Assembly: GCA_038087875.1 (NCBI GenBank)
Contig: CM075979.1
Span: 86,366,001 to 86,430,000 of the forward strand
Reading direction: 5' to 3'
Length of the DNA: 64,000 nucleotides
Source of the DNA: Malacoraja senta
Taxonomy: Eukaryota
A program made the position numbers and the translations under genes. Positions within the stretch are counted from its first letter, which is position 1. Each line of letters starts with the position of its first letter. Below are positions 12,071-27,000 of the stretch, piece after piece. Under the pieces are notes generated by a model. The model did no database searches, was not told where the DNA came from, and saw nothing but the letters and a program-made list of their open reading frames with translations.

Positions 12071-15000
12071 CTGGAAATAAAATACAAGGTTACTTTTCAA
12101 ATCTGTTGCACTGAACAGGGAACTTTGTCTCTGGTAACAAATAATCAATTACTAAATATACTTAGTTGCAGAGTTCTGCTGTAAATGTAGAATTAATCAC
12201 AACTCTGAAAGAACAATACTGTCACAGTTGATTATGCTGACTTTTGTCTGCAGCTCTGCTGTTGTGACAAGAGTCAGACTGAGGAGAATGCAGCATCTGC
12301 AATTTCTTGTATCTAGAATACAAGGTCTGATTGATTTCAGAGGTTTATTTGGATAAAGATTTAGAAGACAAATCAAAATATGGCAAATCATTTTAGTTTA
12401 AAATTCAGTTATCTTTTTCCATTGAACTCCAATTTTAACATCTCTGAACATAAGATATTTCAAAACTTAACATTAATGACAAGTTTCACAGCTGGATATA
12501 TGTTCACAGTTTTGGTATTTTCTCAGGACAGTTCACCATGTCCAGTGGACTCCACTGCAGAGTGTCAGTGGGCGAGATGCTCTATCTGGCCAGGAAACAA
12601 GCCAGCACAAACCAGCTGAGTAATTTTTAAAGAATTATACTGCACAATAAATGGAACATTTAAAAACTATTTTCAGTAGCCTTGGACTTCACCCTGGGCA
12701 GAAAAAAAATTTATTGTGGGCATGATGCCTACTCTGGGCAAAGTGTTAGTATAAGACAAAAAATAACCAGCATCAATTTTAATTCTCAGTCCACAGATAG
12801 TTGCTGTTATCGAGATATTTACAAAATGCAAAATGTATTAAGATCCTGGATTAATGGATAGGACAGATTTGGAAGGATATGAACCAAACGCTGGCAAGTG
12901 GGGACTAGTGTAGCTGGGACATATTGGCCAGTGTGAGCAAGTTGGGCCGAAGGGCCTGTTTCCACACTGTTTCACTCTATGCTAATACTGGTTTGCTATC
13001 CTTGTCATGACATATAAAATTTGATCTGCGCAAATAGTTCAGCAATCAATTGAAAGATCATACGCAAATTAGGAATACACTTCCAACTGCTTTCTTGCAG
13101 AATGATTTATTTCATGTTGAACCACTTTTAATCTAACTATTGTAGTCCTAAGTTTTGCCGCTAAAGAGCTAAAACGCTATGATTTGCTAGTTTTGGCAAT
13201 ACAAGTTCAGGCAATACAAGTTAATCTTACCTGTTTGGTTTTGATAGGCATTGTGTGGTTGTTTTGAGGGAATTATCTTGTGTGGAGTTCTGCTCCTTGT
13301 CATCATCTGATGTTGGTCTCTAACAGATGTAGATGGAGTTTGTTCCTGCCGAGGGGCATTTGGATTACTCTCAAAACTGGTACCATCCAGAGGAATATCC
13401 CAGAGTTCAGGATCTGTTGATTCATAAACAATGTTACACTAGATTTGTACAAGTAGGGTCCTCCCCAGCTTAAGACGCCCTGCTTATGTAATAATCCTTA
13501 CATAGGAATGGGCACCCGGGATGGATTTTCTGGCTGCTGCAGCATTGCAGGCATCTGCCATGTGGGATTCTGGTTTGCAGCTGTACTTCCGATTCATGAA
13601 CTGTTTAGGTTATGAACAGTTTTCAAGAATAGAACCCTGCCAAAACCTACAGAGGACCTGCAAGTGGAAAATCAAAAATCGGCAGCTGTTTAAAGTCTAA
13701 AAAACAAAAAGCTTTAAATATGCAGTAGATCGGGCTACATCTATGGAAAGAAACAGACAAGGCTTCAGGCTGAAGACCCTAGATGGAATCTTTGACTCTA
13801 AACATTAGGCGTTTCTTTTCCCTTAGATGTAGCCTGGCCTGCTTCACCATTTCTGCTTTTATTTCAGTAGATTCCCACTTTCAGTAACTTACTGTGGATC
13901 TTATGTCCAATCGTAACTAAGGAACAGAAGAGTTAAACTGTCTTGTAATTTTTAATTTCATTATTGGAATGAAAGACAATTCTCTTTTTGCCTTGTCCAC
14001 TTTTTCATCTGAGCTATCCCTCCTATAATTAACCCTTGCATCAATGAAGTAGCAGTAATACGGTACAGATGACGGGAATGTTTTCAGATCACAATCTCTT
14101 CCACCTATGTGCCTCTCAAAATGATGAGTGCAGTAACAAAAAATATATCTACATTGACAACGGAGCAGATGTGTCAAAATTTAAAGTTCACAGCAGTTTC
14201 TGGGCAACTGGGTAAAATCTCAAGACATAGGTTCACTGCTAATACACATTATTGTATATATTTAAAATGCTTCTTGTAGATGCCTCAAATTTGACAAATA
14301 AAAATTTCAACTGATGGTTAATTTATCCGATTTAAAAGTTTATTATAGATGCCTTATATTCTATGTCTCCAATTTATTAAATAGTCCATTGTAGGGTCAA
14401 CGTGCTGAGCATTGACCAATGTTTAAAACTGTATTGTCAAGTTTGTCACCTGCACATTTAATAGCTAGCATGTTTAATTTTTTTTGTCCAAGTAACATAT
14501 ATATCAAACATCTACCAGATGTATCAGTGACCACTGTGGACACATGGAGGCTGAGAGAATATGCAAACTCCAGTCAGCACTATAGATCGGGATCACAGCT
14601 GGACCACTGTGCTGCCCACACCTGAATATATTGGTTTGATGCCCAAAGACACATTTTATAGCTGTACAAGGCACGTTGTTGCTCAACAAATTTCATGGTC
14701 CTATATACAATTCCTGTATATTGGATACAATTTTGTCAGGATAAAGTACAACATTTTTGACAGTGTTCACTTTTGTCACATGTTTTGATATTTCTTGATC
14801 TGTAAAGTATTTTAAATAAAGGTTTTTTCAAAGTATCTTTAGAAACATGGCATTATCCCACGGAGATAATAATTGTGATCAGTCAATTCAATGAAATACT
14901 ATTGCTGAACAAATACCTGCTAGTTAGTGCTGCAGATCACCATTTAGGCAGTTTTTTTTCAGGTCAGCAGAAAATCCATGGCTTCACCGGCGATGTCAAA

Positions 15001-18000
15001 ATATATGGTAATAAAAATATCACTGCATCACAACTTATCCACTCAATTAACTTCCCCCCATCAGCCTTCTGGTTCTGACTGCTTTTGGATTTAACATGAG
15101 CATGATATACATTGATCAATGTTCTGCGTAGAAAGTCTTCAGTCAGCTGCCAATAACTGCTTTCAACTCACGATGCATAATAAAAACCACAAACTTTTCA
15201 AAATGTCTGAAATGATAACTTTCCCTTTAATTTTTATTGAGAAAGGATGGAAAACCTACCAGCCAAGAGCTTATCCTGTAAAAAATCAGCTTTGTGGTTG
15301 ACTGGTGTGCTGTGATTAACCTTTGGTGCCAATTTTGACTGTACAGTTGTCACTACAAGCAGAAAGGAAAAATGATTCCAATCAACACACACAAGTAAAT
15401 AAATAAGTCATTTGCAAAGATGCACTATGAAATGATCAGTGTCTGGGAAAGTAATTTACAGGTGTGATAAATTCTACACAAAAGCATTGGAGATAGGCAA
15501 AACAACAATAACCAAAAACATTCCCTTTATGGATCACGGTTAAGGTTAATTATCATGTGAACTAGGCTGAAGAACAAACGGTGTTAAAGATTGGAAGCTG
15601 GATTTTGTCATGATCTTCCTATTTAAAAAAAACTTTAATTGGGTAGCAATAACAACAACAACAAAATATTGTTTGCATTATGGTGAAGTAGAATTTTAAT
15701 CTTTGGAACATTTAGTGAAAAAGTCATGAATAACAATAGATGCAGGCCATATGGCCCTTCGAGCCAGCACCGCCATTCAATGTGATCATGGCTGATCATC
15801 CACAATCAGTACCCCGTTCCTGCCTTCTCCCCATATCCCCTGACTCCGCTATCTTCAAGAGCTCTATCCAGCTCTCTTGAAAGTTTCCAGAGAACCAGCC
15901 TCCACCGCCCTCTGAGGCAGAGAATTCCATAGACTCACAACTGTGTAAAAAAGCGTTTTCTCATTTCCGTTCTAAACGGCTTATCCCTTATTTTCTCTCT
16001 CCCGCCTTTCTTAAAAAGTGGTACAACATTAGCTACCCTCCAATCCACAGGAACTGATCCTGAATCTATAGAACATTGGAAAATGATCACCAATGCGTCC
16101 ACAATTTCTAGAGCCACTTCCTTAAGTACCCTGGGATGCAGACCATCAAGCCCTGGGGATTTATCAGTCTTCAGTCCCATCAGTCTACCCAACACCATTT
16201 CCTGCCTAATGTGGATCTCCTTTACTGACATTTATTGAAATATATTGTTGAGCCTGATTGCATGTCCCAGATCGAAGAAGAGTCCACATCAGGCAGAAAT
16301 ATGGTTTTCTTCCCTTTAGGACATTAATAAACCATGTATCCTTTTTGAAGCTATTCAGCAGCTTTTATATTCAAATGTTCTGGCACCAGCCCATTAGTGA
16401 TATGAAATTTAGGTTACCTATTCCCTTCTCTCAGTATCAGATTTTCACAGTAATTTCTTCACTTCAGCATTTTTAGTTTAACACCCATCTCTGCCTTCAA
16501 CAGCTTTACAGAACCACCCCCTTGACACATCCTGGCTCCTTCATATTTTAACTATTTCCCAGTGAACTGCACCAAATAAAACTTTGCATCCGTTGTACTT
16601 CCTTGTGATCTAAATTGTTGCATTGTGTGAACAACAACTTCACATTAAAAGCAGATTATGATTAACAACACCAAAGTTTTTCCTTGCTAGATAATTAGGC
16701 TACTTAATAATTTTTGCATTCATTTTAAAAGATCAATTTTATTTAAAATTAGAATAATTGAAAATGTAAAACCTATAAATTAAATTTTAGGTAGTTACAA
16801 TATGTATTAACATGGAGGTTTTGATGGCCTTTATGGAAAAAAATAAAAGCAGCTTTGACAATTCAGACACTTCTCTTTTTGCATGGGCAATCTCCTGTAC
16901 CTGGGCAATTGGTTGCTTGTGCTCCACTACAACTACCAGTTTCGTGTGGCTGTGGTTGTAGTTTCTTTGCCATCTGTTCTTTGAACTGTTGTTGGAGTTG
17001 CTTCTGTCGAAGTTTCCGTTGGTGTGTGGGATCCAGATCAGTGCTGCAATCTGTGTTGCTATGTAAACAGAGAGCCATGCAATGCAATTAATTTCTTCAT
17101 GCACTGCTCCTTTTTACCATCAATTCAGCCACAACCCATCCATCTAACTGACCTGCCTTGTGAAACAAGACGAGCAACTCTGTTTATGATAGCGTTACCA
17201 TTATCTTATTACCAGTTTAGTATATTACCACATGCAGATATCAGAAAAACTCCAGGTATTATTCACTTAGCAAGGAAACTACAAGGATCTGACATGCAAG
17301 AATCTGTAAATATTACTTCTTCTGATAACCAAATTGAAATGTAGCCAAGGACTACAAACAGAATTAAATAAACATTAAGGTTGTGAATGAGCTCTTTTGA
17401 CTCATTTATGCATGTCAGCTAGAGTTGTTCAGATTATTTCCACTTCCTAGCTCCTGATTTGTGATGGCAATAATGCTATTATTAATCTGTATTGATCTCT
17501 CTTACCCCTCAGAATTTACTTCAATAATATTTCTGCCACCACTAACTGATCTATAAATTACTTGGCCAATAACTTATTTTCACTTTTTAAATCAATGGTA
17601 TTTTAATGTCAATCCTGTTGTTTCAATGCAAGTAAGACTTTCATTGTTCTATCTGGGACATATGACAATAAAACAGTCTTGACTCTCTTGACTAAAGATT
17701 GACAAGACAAATCCATTATATTTACGCCCTTGCTTCTCAACAACCAAGGAAAGATCTGGGCTTATAATATTGGATTGATAATTTATGACTGGTTCCATCA
17801 GTAAATGATATAGCACCAAAAAAATCAAAATTCAGCAGGACTGCCACAAAAAGCTTGTTGTTTCCTACAGGAAGGAAGTTTATTATAATAAATATAAATG
17901 TAATTTATTATAATAAATGGTTTATTATAATAAATGTATTGGTAAATAGTTATTGTTTAATATGAGCAAACGGGAAATATATAGTTAAGTAATAATAATA

Positions 18001-21000
18001 GCCTGTGGAATGTATGGATTGTTAATATGTGGAAGGCTATACAACTTAGAACGAACAAACAGCTCAGAGTATTCTAAAAGTCAAAAGAAGTGACACAAAA
18101 TTCCTATTAATCACTGTGAGTAAATTTCCATGTCTCCAGAGACACTGATCTCTCAATCATAACCGAGCCACTACTGGGGGCAACTCAAAAATGACTTCAG
18201 CATGCAAATTTTCAACACGGTAATGTACTTTAATTCAGATAATTAATAGAGCCTTAATGCCAACTTGAGACTCAAGTGCTTGAAATTTCCACAAATACCA
18301 ACCGGGAAAGGCTGCAATTTTCTCTTGCCACTTCATCTTTCCTGTCTGTAATTTCTCCTTCATTGTCTTCGTTCGGAGGACATGAATCAGGAGTAGGCAG
18401 AGGTTGGAGCTGAACCTGTAATAAGCTGCTATATCTGGCTTTCCGAACCATGGGTTCATCATTCTTTCTTTTAGCATCAGCCAAATGAAAATCTGTTTGC
18501 TTAAAAATATAAAATGACAATGCTGGTATGAAACGCATGCAAGGTAAATGAATCAGATCTGTTGACTACTGAATGGTAAAATAATTTCTTGAGATGCCAA
18601 GATATTTATCACCATTGTATATCGGTTGAAAGACAACATAAGACAAATAGAACATCAATAAAATGGCAGATCCTGAAAATCTAATGCAGAAACAGATGGC
18701 CGTAAATTGTTCAACTGTACTCCCTCATAACAGTTAAACCCATGTTGTGGAGCATTGGACCAAGAAAATCCTATGTGGTGGTTTGTGCTCAGATAGCTGA
18801 ATGCATGTAGAGTAGCAGTGAATCAAGAATGACTGCTTTGATTTCATTGCAATGACCCTTTTGTCAATGTCCACATGTACAGATTTGTGGAATGGACCAG
18901 GTATACCTTTAGTTAGATCAACAGCTTATAATACATTGCACATATTTACTGTGAAGTCACATGAAGATTTGCGGAGATTGAGGGCAGTTGTTTTTCAGGT
19001 ATCTGTACATCACCATGAACAAATGGCTCTATACACATCTGGTGTTAAGGAAGGCTGCATCATCACCCTGTGTTCACCTCAATGTAGCACCTCACCTTCA
19101 CCAATCTACAGGATTTAAACAATATTGCCTCAACTCCAGAAACAAGGTCATCCCTTCCACCATCATTCAGCTGTAACATGTAGATAACACTTGCATTTAT
19201 GCATCGAGAAGCAAGACTCCAAGTCATAGTCAACCTGTCCAATGAAGCATGAGAACTTACGTCTTATACTTATTGCCACAAAACAAACGTTTATCAACAT
19301 GTCCCCACTGTACAACACTGCTGTCCACAGAAAGACTCAAACTTCATACTTCGGGAGCCATCTTGCAGCTGAAGGATTTTACCATTAAGTGAAAAAGAAA
19401 GGAAAACGATAAGGAAACAAAAGTAGTTTGTTAGTTACAGCGAGGATGGAAGAGAGAAACCATGTTTCTCTTACCACAGATAACGACTGACCTGCTGGTA
19501 CTTCCAGCATTTTCAGAATTTATCATTTCACCTTTAGTGCATCAGCGCCCCCTTTGGGAGGTTGAAGAAAATAGCATTTTCAAACCCAACACAAAATTCA
19601 GTTCATTTGGCAGCTCTCCAAATGTGTTTGAGGCTTAGATTGGATTAGGGGCACATCATTATCTACAGGTTCCTCTCCAAGTGCATGTACCATTCTGACT
19701 TGGAATTGCATTGCCAGTCCATCCTACTCAGCAGTTCTGTTGGGAGCACCTTTACCAGACTGCAGTAGTTTAAGTTAGTGCACTACCATTTTCTCAAAGA
19801 CATTTAGGGATGCACAATGTTGACTCTAGTTGATGATATCCAGATCCTGAAAATGAAATAAATTTAGATCTGAAGAAAATCTAGGCAGTAATCCCAGTCT
19901 TGGATAAGAACCAATATTTCACAGCTAAGAGGGATGTCAAATAAAAACATGATAGACACAAAATGCTGGAGTAACTCAGCGGGACAGGCAGCATCTCTGG
20001 AGAGAAGGAATGGGTGACGTTTTAGGTCGAGCCCCTTCTTCGAAACAATCTGGTATAAGGTCATAAGGAATAGGAGTAGAATTCGGCCAATCAAGTCTAC
20101 TCCACCATTCAATCATGGCTCATCTATCTCTCCCTCCTAACCCCATTCTCCTGGCTTCTCCCCAGAGCCTCTGACGCCCGTTCTAATCATGAATCTATCT
20201 ATTTCTGCCTTAAAAATATCCACTGACTTGGCCTCCACAGCCTTCTGTGACAAAGAATTCCACAGATTCACTACCCTCTGGTTAAAATACATTTCTCCTC
20301 ATCTCCTTCCTAATCGAACGCCCTTTAATTCTGAGGCTATGACCTCTAGTCCTGGACTCTCCCACTAGTGGAAACATCCTCTCCACATCCACTCTATCCA
20401 AGCCTTTCACTATTCTGTATGTTTCAATGAGGTTAATTCTTCTAAACTCCAGCGAGTACAGGCCCAGTGCCGACAAACGCTCATCATAGGTTAACCTACT
20501 CATTCCTGGGATCATTCTTGTAAACCTCCTCTGGACCCTCTCCAGTGCCAGCACATCCTTCCTCAGATATGGTGCCCAAAATTGCTCACAATATTCCACC
20601 TTATAGAGCCTCAACAGTACATGTTTCAGAAGAGGAAAGTAAATATCATTATAAACAGGCTGCAGTTACAAAAACTGATTCTTAAGTTTAAAAAAAATGA
20701 ATGAAGAGAAAGAATGAAATAATATCACTCAAAATTCAACCAAAGACGACTTGTAACAGCAGCTTTTTTAATAAAAAGAACCGATAACCTGCTAAATACA
20801 TGGGATAGCAAACAAGAATGATTACATATGCACCTCAACTATTTAATTAGTTCAAGATACAATATTAAATGGAAAAGATAGCACCTTTGATGTGATTACT
20901 TGATTCATCAGGAAAATCAAGCTGTCCATGATGCAGGAGAAGAAAACCAGCTCATAATTTAATCTTAAATGTTTATATTTTCTTTGATTTCAGCCTAAAA

Positions 21001-24000
21001 TGTCTTCATTCTGCTTGGGGGAATGAAACTCAGATAGTTTACAATGAAACTGAAATATGGAGGCTTAACCAGTTATGGTTTCATGAATCACCATTTAAAG
21101 CAGCAAAGAATATTGGCTAGCACTTGCTGGCAAATGCTAATGGTTCTATATGCAATTAAACATTCCTCAGCCTAAATGATTCCTGGATGATACCAAATAA
21201 TTAATACCGAATGATTAATGATTCCTGGATGATACCGAAGGCCAAACCTTGCTGTCAAGTTTCGCTGGCAAGTCCCTGACTACCATTTGACTTTGGAATC
21301 CAGTAGTAGAATACCTGCTGATCCGCTTCCTTGAACATTTTGCGTTTTACTCGATTCTGGCTTCTGCAGTATTTTTGTGTCTCCCTATCACAGTTCTGTA
21401 TTTTCACACAATTATTTTAAACGGGTGCTGCAAATAAATCCTCACCTGCCTTGGTAGTTTATTAACCATTCGCAGGTACTCCTTATCCAGAATACAATTA
21501 CCCAAGGCATTGCCAAAAGATCTGAAATGAAAAACTCAATTAATGTGAGGATTCTAAGTTACACTGCTACTAACTGAAAGGTACAAAAGCATCGCCAATT
21601 TTCTATCGATGTGCATATTTGTGCATATTAACTGTGCATATTTTCTAACTGACCATTATTTCATTCATTATTCTGTGGTCAATTATTCAGACAGTAGAGA
21701 TGAATAATAAAGTAACCCAGATAAGGTAACAAATGGAACAATGAGCTCCAAGTAGAGCAATTATGTTCCGAAATTATATTTTAATGGAGTGTTAAATGTA
21801 AGCTGCTGAACATCTATCCTTGTCTCTCACTTTCCCCCCTTCAATACATCAATCATTAAATTTTAACCAAGCTATTATCTCCAGAGTTACAACAGTTTAT
21901 TATTTATTAAATATTTTAATTAACATGCAGACAATTAAAACATTTCCCTAAGGATATATATAATCTCATTAACTAGGCTGGGAGCCGAGCATTGAAAATG
22001 TGTCTAGAATTTAACTTTCGTGACCCATGTCTGGGAACTACTTGAAATTTTGCAAAGATTTAGATAAAATATAATTGAGAAGGAAGTCATAACTCGTCAG
22101 TGCCAAAAGTTGCACATTAATTAATTAAGCTAATTAGAAAATGAGATCAAAGTAAACGCCATCTAGTGTTCAATGCTCATATTACTCCATGGGGAGCCTA
22201 ATTCCATGCTGCTGTCTATTTAAACCAGTTATTTGAGACTGAAGGTAGACAAAAATGCTGGAGAAACTCAGCTGGTGAGGCAACATCTATGGAGCAAAGG
22301 AATTAGGCAATGTTTCGGGCCGAAACCCTTCTTCAGACTGATGTGAGGGTGGGGGGCGGGAAGAAGAAAGGAAGAGGAGGAGCCAGAGGGCTAGAGGGAG
22401 AGCTGAGAAGGGGAGGAGACAGTAAGGACTACCTGAAATTAGAGAAGTCAATGTTCATACCGCTGGGGTACAAACTGCCCAAGCGAAATATGAGGTGCTG
22501 CTCCTCCAATTTCCTGTGGTCCTCACACTGACCATAGAGGAGGCCCAGGACAGAAAGGTCAGATATGGAATGGGAGGGGGAATTGAAGTGCTGAGCCACC
22601 GGGAGATCAGGTTGGTTATTGCGAACCGAGCGGAGGTGTTCGGCGAAGCCATTGCCAAGCCGATGCTTGGTCTCACCGATGTAGATCAGCTGACATCTAG
22701 AGGCGCGGATGCAATAGATGAGGTTGGAGGAGATGCAGGTGAACCTCTGCCACACCTGGAAAGACTGCTTGGGTCCTTGAATGAAGTCAAGGGGGGAGGT
22801 AAAGCAACAAGTGTAGCATTTCTTGCGGTTGCAAGGGAAAATGCCCGGAGAGGGAGTGGTTCGGGTGGGAAGGGGCGAATGGACCAGGGAGTTACGGAGG
22901 GAGCGGTCTCTGCGGAAAGCGGAGGAGGTGGGAAGATGTGGCAAGTAGTGGGGTCACGTTGGAGGTGGCGAAAATGACGGAGGATTATTTGTTGTATGTG
23001 ACAGCTGGTAGGGTGGAAGTTGAGGACTAGGGGGACTCTGTCCTTGTTACGAGTGGGGGGATGGGGAGAGAGAGAGCAGTGTCACGGGGTATCGAAGAAA
23101 CCCTGGTGAGAGCCTCATCTATGGTAGAAGAGAGGAACCCCCGTTCCCTGAAGAATGAGGACATCTCCGATGCCCTGGTGTGGAACACCTCATCCTGGGA
23201 GCAGATGTCGGAAATGGTCCAGGTGTATTTGAGTGCCGGATGGAAGTTAGTGGTGAAATGGATGAAGTCAGTGAGTTGTGTGTGGGTGCAGGAGGTAGCA
23301 CCAATGCAGTCGTCGATGTAGCGGTGGTAGAGTTCGGAGAAGGGGCCCTGGTACGTCTCGAACTAGGATTGTTCGACGTACCCTACAAAGAGGCAGGCAT
23401 AGCTAGGGCCCATGCACGTGCCCTTAGCTACACCTTTTATTTGGAGGAAATGGGAGGAGTCAAACAAAAAGTTATTAAGGGTAAGGACCAGCTCCGCTAG
23501 GCGGAGGAGAGTATCAGTAGACAGGGATTGGTTAGTTCTCCGGTCGAGGAAGAAACAGAGGGCTTTGAGACCCTCCTGGTGGGGGATGAAGGTGTAGAGT
23601 GACTGGATGTCCATGGTGAAGATGAGGGGATGGGGGCCTGGAGACGACGGAGAGCGTGTGAGGCGTCTTGAACATAGGTAGGGAGGGATTTGACCAGGGG
23701 GGATAGGATGGAGTCGAGGTATGTGGAAATAAGTTTGGTTGGGCACGAACAGGCAGAAACAAAGGACAGTCAGGTTTGTGGATTTTGGGGAGAAGGTAAA
23801 ATCGGACTGTGCGGGGCTGGGGAACGATGAGGTTGGAGGCTTGGGGGGGCAGGGAGCCGGAGTTGATGAAGTCAGTGATGGTGCTAGAGATAGTGGCCTG
23901 GTGCTCGTCTGTGGGGTCATGGTCCAAGGATGGTCCGGCTCCTGAACCAGCCTAATTAATGGGTGAGGGCAGTTCCTGTGGGTTCCCCCTTTTACTGAAC

Positions 24001-27000
24001 CCCACAGACTGCCAGTGGGCAGAATGGGGGTCATGGCAGTAGTGGGACTGGAGCAGTGCCAGGCTGGGGGAAGGCTAAGGCATCTTCCATGAGATAAAAA
24101 TGCCTAATCCTAACTCGCCCCCCTTCCAGAACTGCCCATGGCTGGAGCTGGAGCTGCTTTGGGGTCGGCTGCGGGCTCCGTGCATGTGGCTGCTCAGCGC
24201 GTCCGCCTCGGCCAGCATGCCCTTCAGGATCATCACGGTGATGGTGGGGAGCACGCCGCCCGGGCCGCCTTCAGCACCCCAATAGCGCCGGCTCCATCAG
24301 TCCGCCCGCTCGTTCGCTGCAACACTGGCCTACCGACAGCCCGACCGATCCTTCGCAGCACTCACCGACCTACCGACAGATCCTTCGCAGCATCCACCGG
24401 CTTACCGACAGCCCGACCGATCCTTCACAGCGTCCACGGACCCGCCCGACAGACCCCTTGCAGCACTGACTGGCGGCTGGACAGCCCGACCGATCCTTCA
24501 CAGCATCCACCGGTGGCCCGACAGCCCGACCAACTCACTGACCGACTGACTGACTGACCGACTTCTGACTAACTGACCGACCGATTAACTCTAATCCTAG
24601 CTCTACATTTTTATTTAACAGTTCACGTCATAACTTTACAAAGATAAATCAATTGTAAAACAAAATTATCAGCAAGGTTAGCATTACCTTTATTCCTTCG
24701 AAACCTTGCTATTGTTTTGATGTAATTAGGAGGCAGCCAGAATGCTCGCTGCCTCGCTACCATGAATCAAAGCGCGTGATTGGTCAATTGGTGTCCGACG
24801 CAATGTCAAACGTGCATTGATTGGACAATTACTATTCGGAAAATTGGAGGTTTGTCTCATATTTAAAAAATATTTGCAGGTATTGTTCTTGACGAGTTTC
24901 AGGTATGATTTCTATAATATTTTTACACAATATGTTAAAAATTCAGGTAGTTACGTGATTCGGTCACAAACTTAAACAAAAAAGCACCTCGGCCCACAGC
25001 CTAAATATGATTCAACAGTTTTAGATCAAATAATTGTTCATTACCTCAAAGATCGCTTCAGTCCATCAGTAACCGCCTCCTTCCTGGCCTTCTCCAGGGA
25101 CATTGCCTTGGATTTCAGTCCTTCACTCACTCCATAACCAACATCTTCATGGAAACACCCATCCTGATTGTCACCAAAGTGTCATACTATTAAAATGCAT
25201 GCAACATTTACAGTATTACACACAATATAATTAAAACCAAAATCAGTACATTGTTCATTTTCTTGCTTTTTGCCAGATAGACAGACCAACATTTAACAAG
25301 CCACTTATACCTTGAGTTGGACCTTTATAAACGCACTGACGCCCACATAAAATTTTCCATTAATGAGATCCACAAAATCTGAAATAAATCAAATAACTAA
25401 ATTAATTCTAAAACAAATATAGATTTATGGTTACACCCAACAGTGTAGTTCCTAATCGTTATGTTACGATGATTGAAATGTTTACTGGATACCATATTTC
25501 TTGGTAAGGTTGGAACAAAATGTCTGAGCTAACAAACATGAAAATAGTTTAGAAACTTAGCAACCCATTTCCACAATTCTGGTATGAACACAAAATCAAT
25601 AATGCTTCAACTCCCAAATATCCATTTAAACTAAACTAGTCTTACTTACCAACATTTTGTTGTGTGATGGAATGGGACCAACCATTATATCCAAAGAGTT
25701 CATTAGCGAGGTTGACAACCCTATGACCCTCGATGTAGCAGACCTGATAATATAGCAATGAGAGGAAACAAATTATTGTCGTCGTAAATTATTTACGCAA
25801 AAGTGGGAAAGATCACATATAAATGAGGGACTTTAAAAAAATAATCTTTTAGAACTTTAGAATAACTGATGAGTTATTCTATATATATTGGTTGATCTAT
25901 TATGCCTGCAAAGCTACAGCGGCGAGAATTGCATTGTTCTAGTTAATATACGGTGAGTATAGAATAAACACCTGACTAATGGAAAAGTATTATTTATGGG
26001 CCGATGTCAACGTAAGTGAAAAGTATTGTGCAACTAATCACTAATGACAGTAAACACTGAAATGAAAATGATTTGACAGGAAAGTAGAGCCGAGAAATGC
26101 AAAAAACACCAAATTCTGAAGCATGAATAGGAAAAAAATGTTTCAACAGGGAAATTAAGTGGGGGACAAAGAAGCAAACAAAATAAGGTCATAAGTGATA
26201 TGAGCAGAATTAGACCATTCGGCCTATCAAGTCTACTCCGCCATTCAATCATGGCTGATCTATAGTATCTCTCCCTCCTCTCCCCATTCTCTTGTCTTCT
26301 CCCCACAACCCCTGACACCTGTAATAATCACAAGAATCTATCTCTGCCTTAAAAATGTCTATTGACGGCCTCCACAGCCTTCTGTGGCAAAGAATTCCTC
26401 AGATTCACCATCCTCGGACGAAATAAATTCTTTCTCATCTCCTTCCTAAAGGAACGTCCTTTAATTCTGAAGCTATAACCTCTAGTCTTAGATTCTCCCA
26501 CTAATGGAAACATCTTCTCCATATCCACTCTGTCCGTGACTTTCACTATTCGGTATGTTATGAGATCCCCCCTCATTATTCTAAACTGCAGCTAGTACAG
26601 GCCCAGTGCCCTCAAACACTGCCGTTAAAATCACCAAAAGCATGTTAGAAATCAGTCACTCATGGTTCTACAAAGTACTGATTCTGTTTGTGCCTTCAAA
26701 TATGCACTTTCATAGAGATGATAATAAAAAGTACACCGGCATATTGAAGAGAAACAGAAAATGCCAGAAATTCTCAATCTGCGAGAAGTTTCAGATCATG
26801 GATGTTGCAAGCAAATACTGACATGGGTTAGCAGTGCAAGTTTAACATTCCTGTTTAGGAATGATCCAATTTCTAAGTACAGGTATTTGGATTCCAGGAA
26901 TTTAGATTCTCAAGCACAAGAATATACTCGGCCTGTAATATTTTTGTAAGAGCATAGAAAACAGGCCCAGACACGTAGAATTTAAGCAAATATGCCAAAT

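Noticed and set aside
12538-12616. Possible extra RAD52 exon on the minus strand
   Set aside because: 79 nt would shift the frame, and the 11-exon model is complete without it.
24138-24557. 139-aa GC-rich ORF
   Set aside because: Openness is explained by GC-rich tandem repeats; no recognisable domain.
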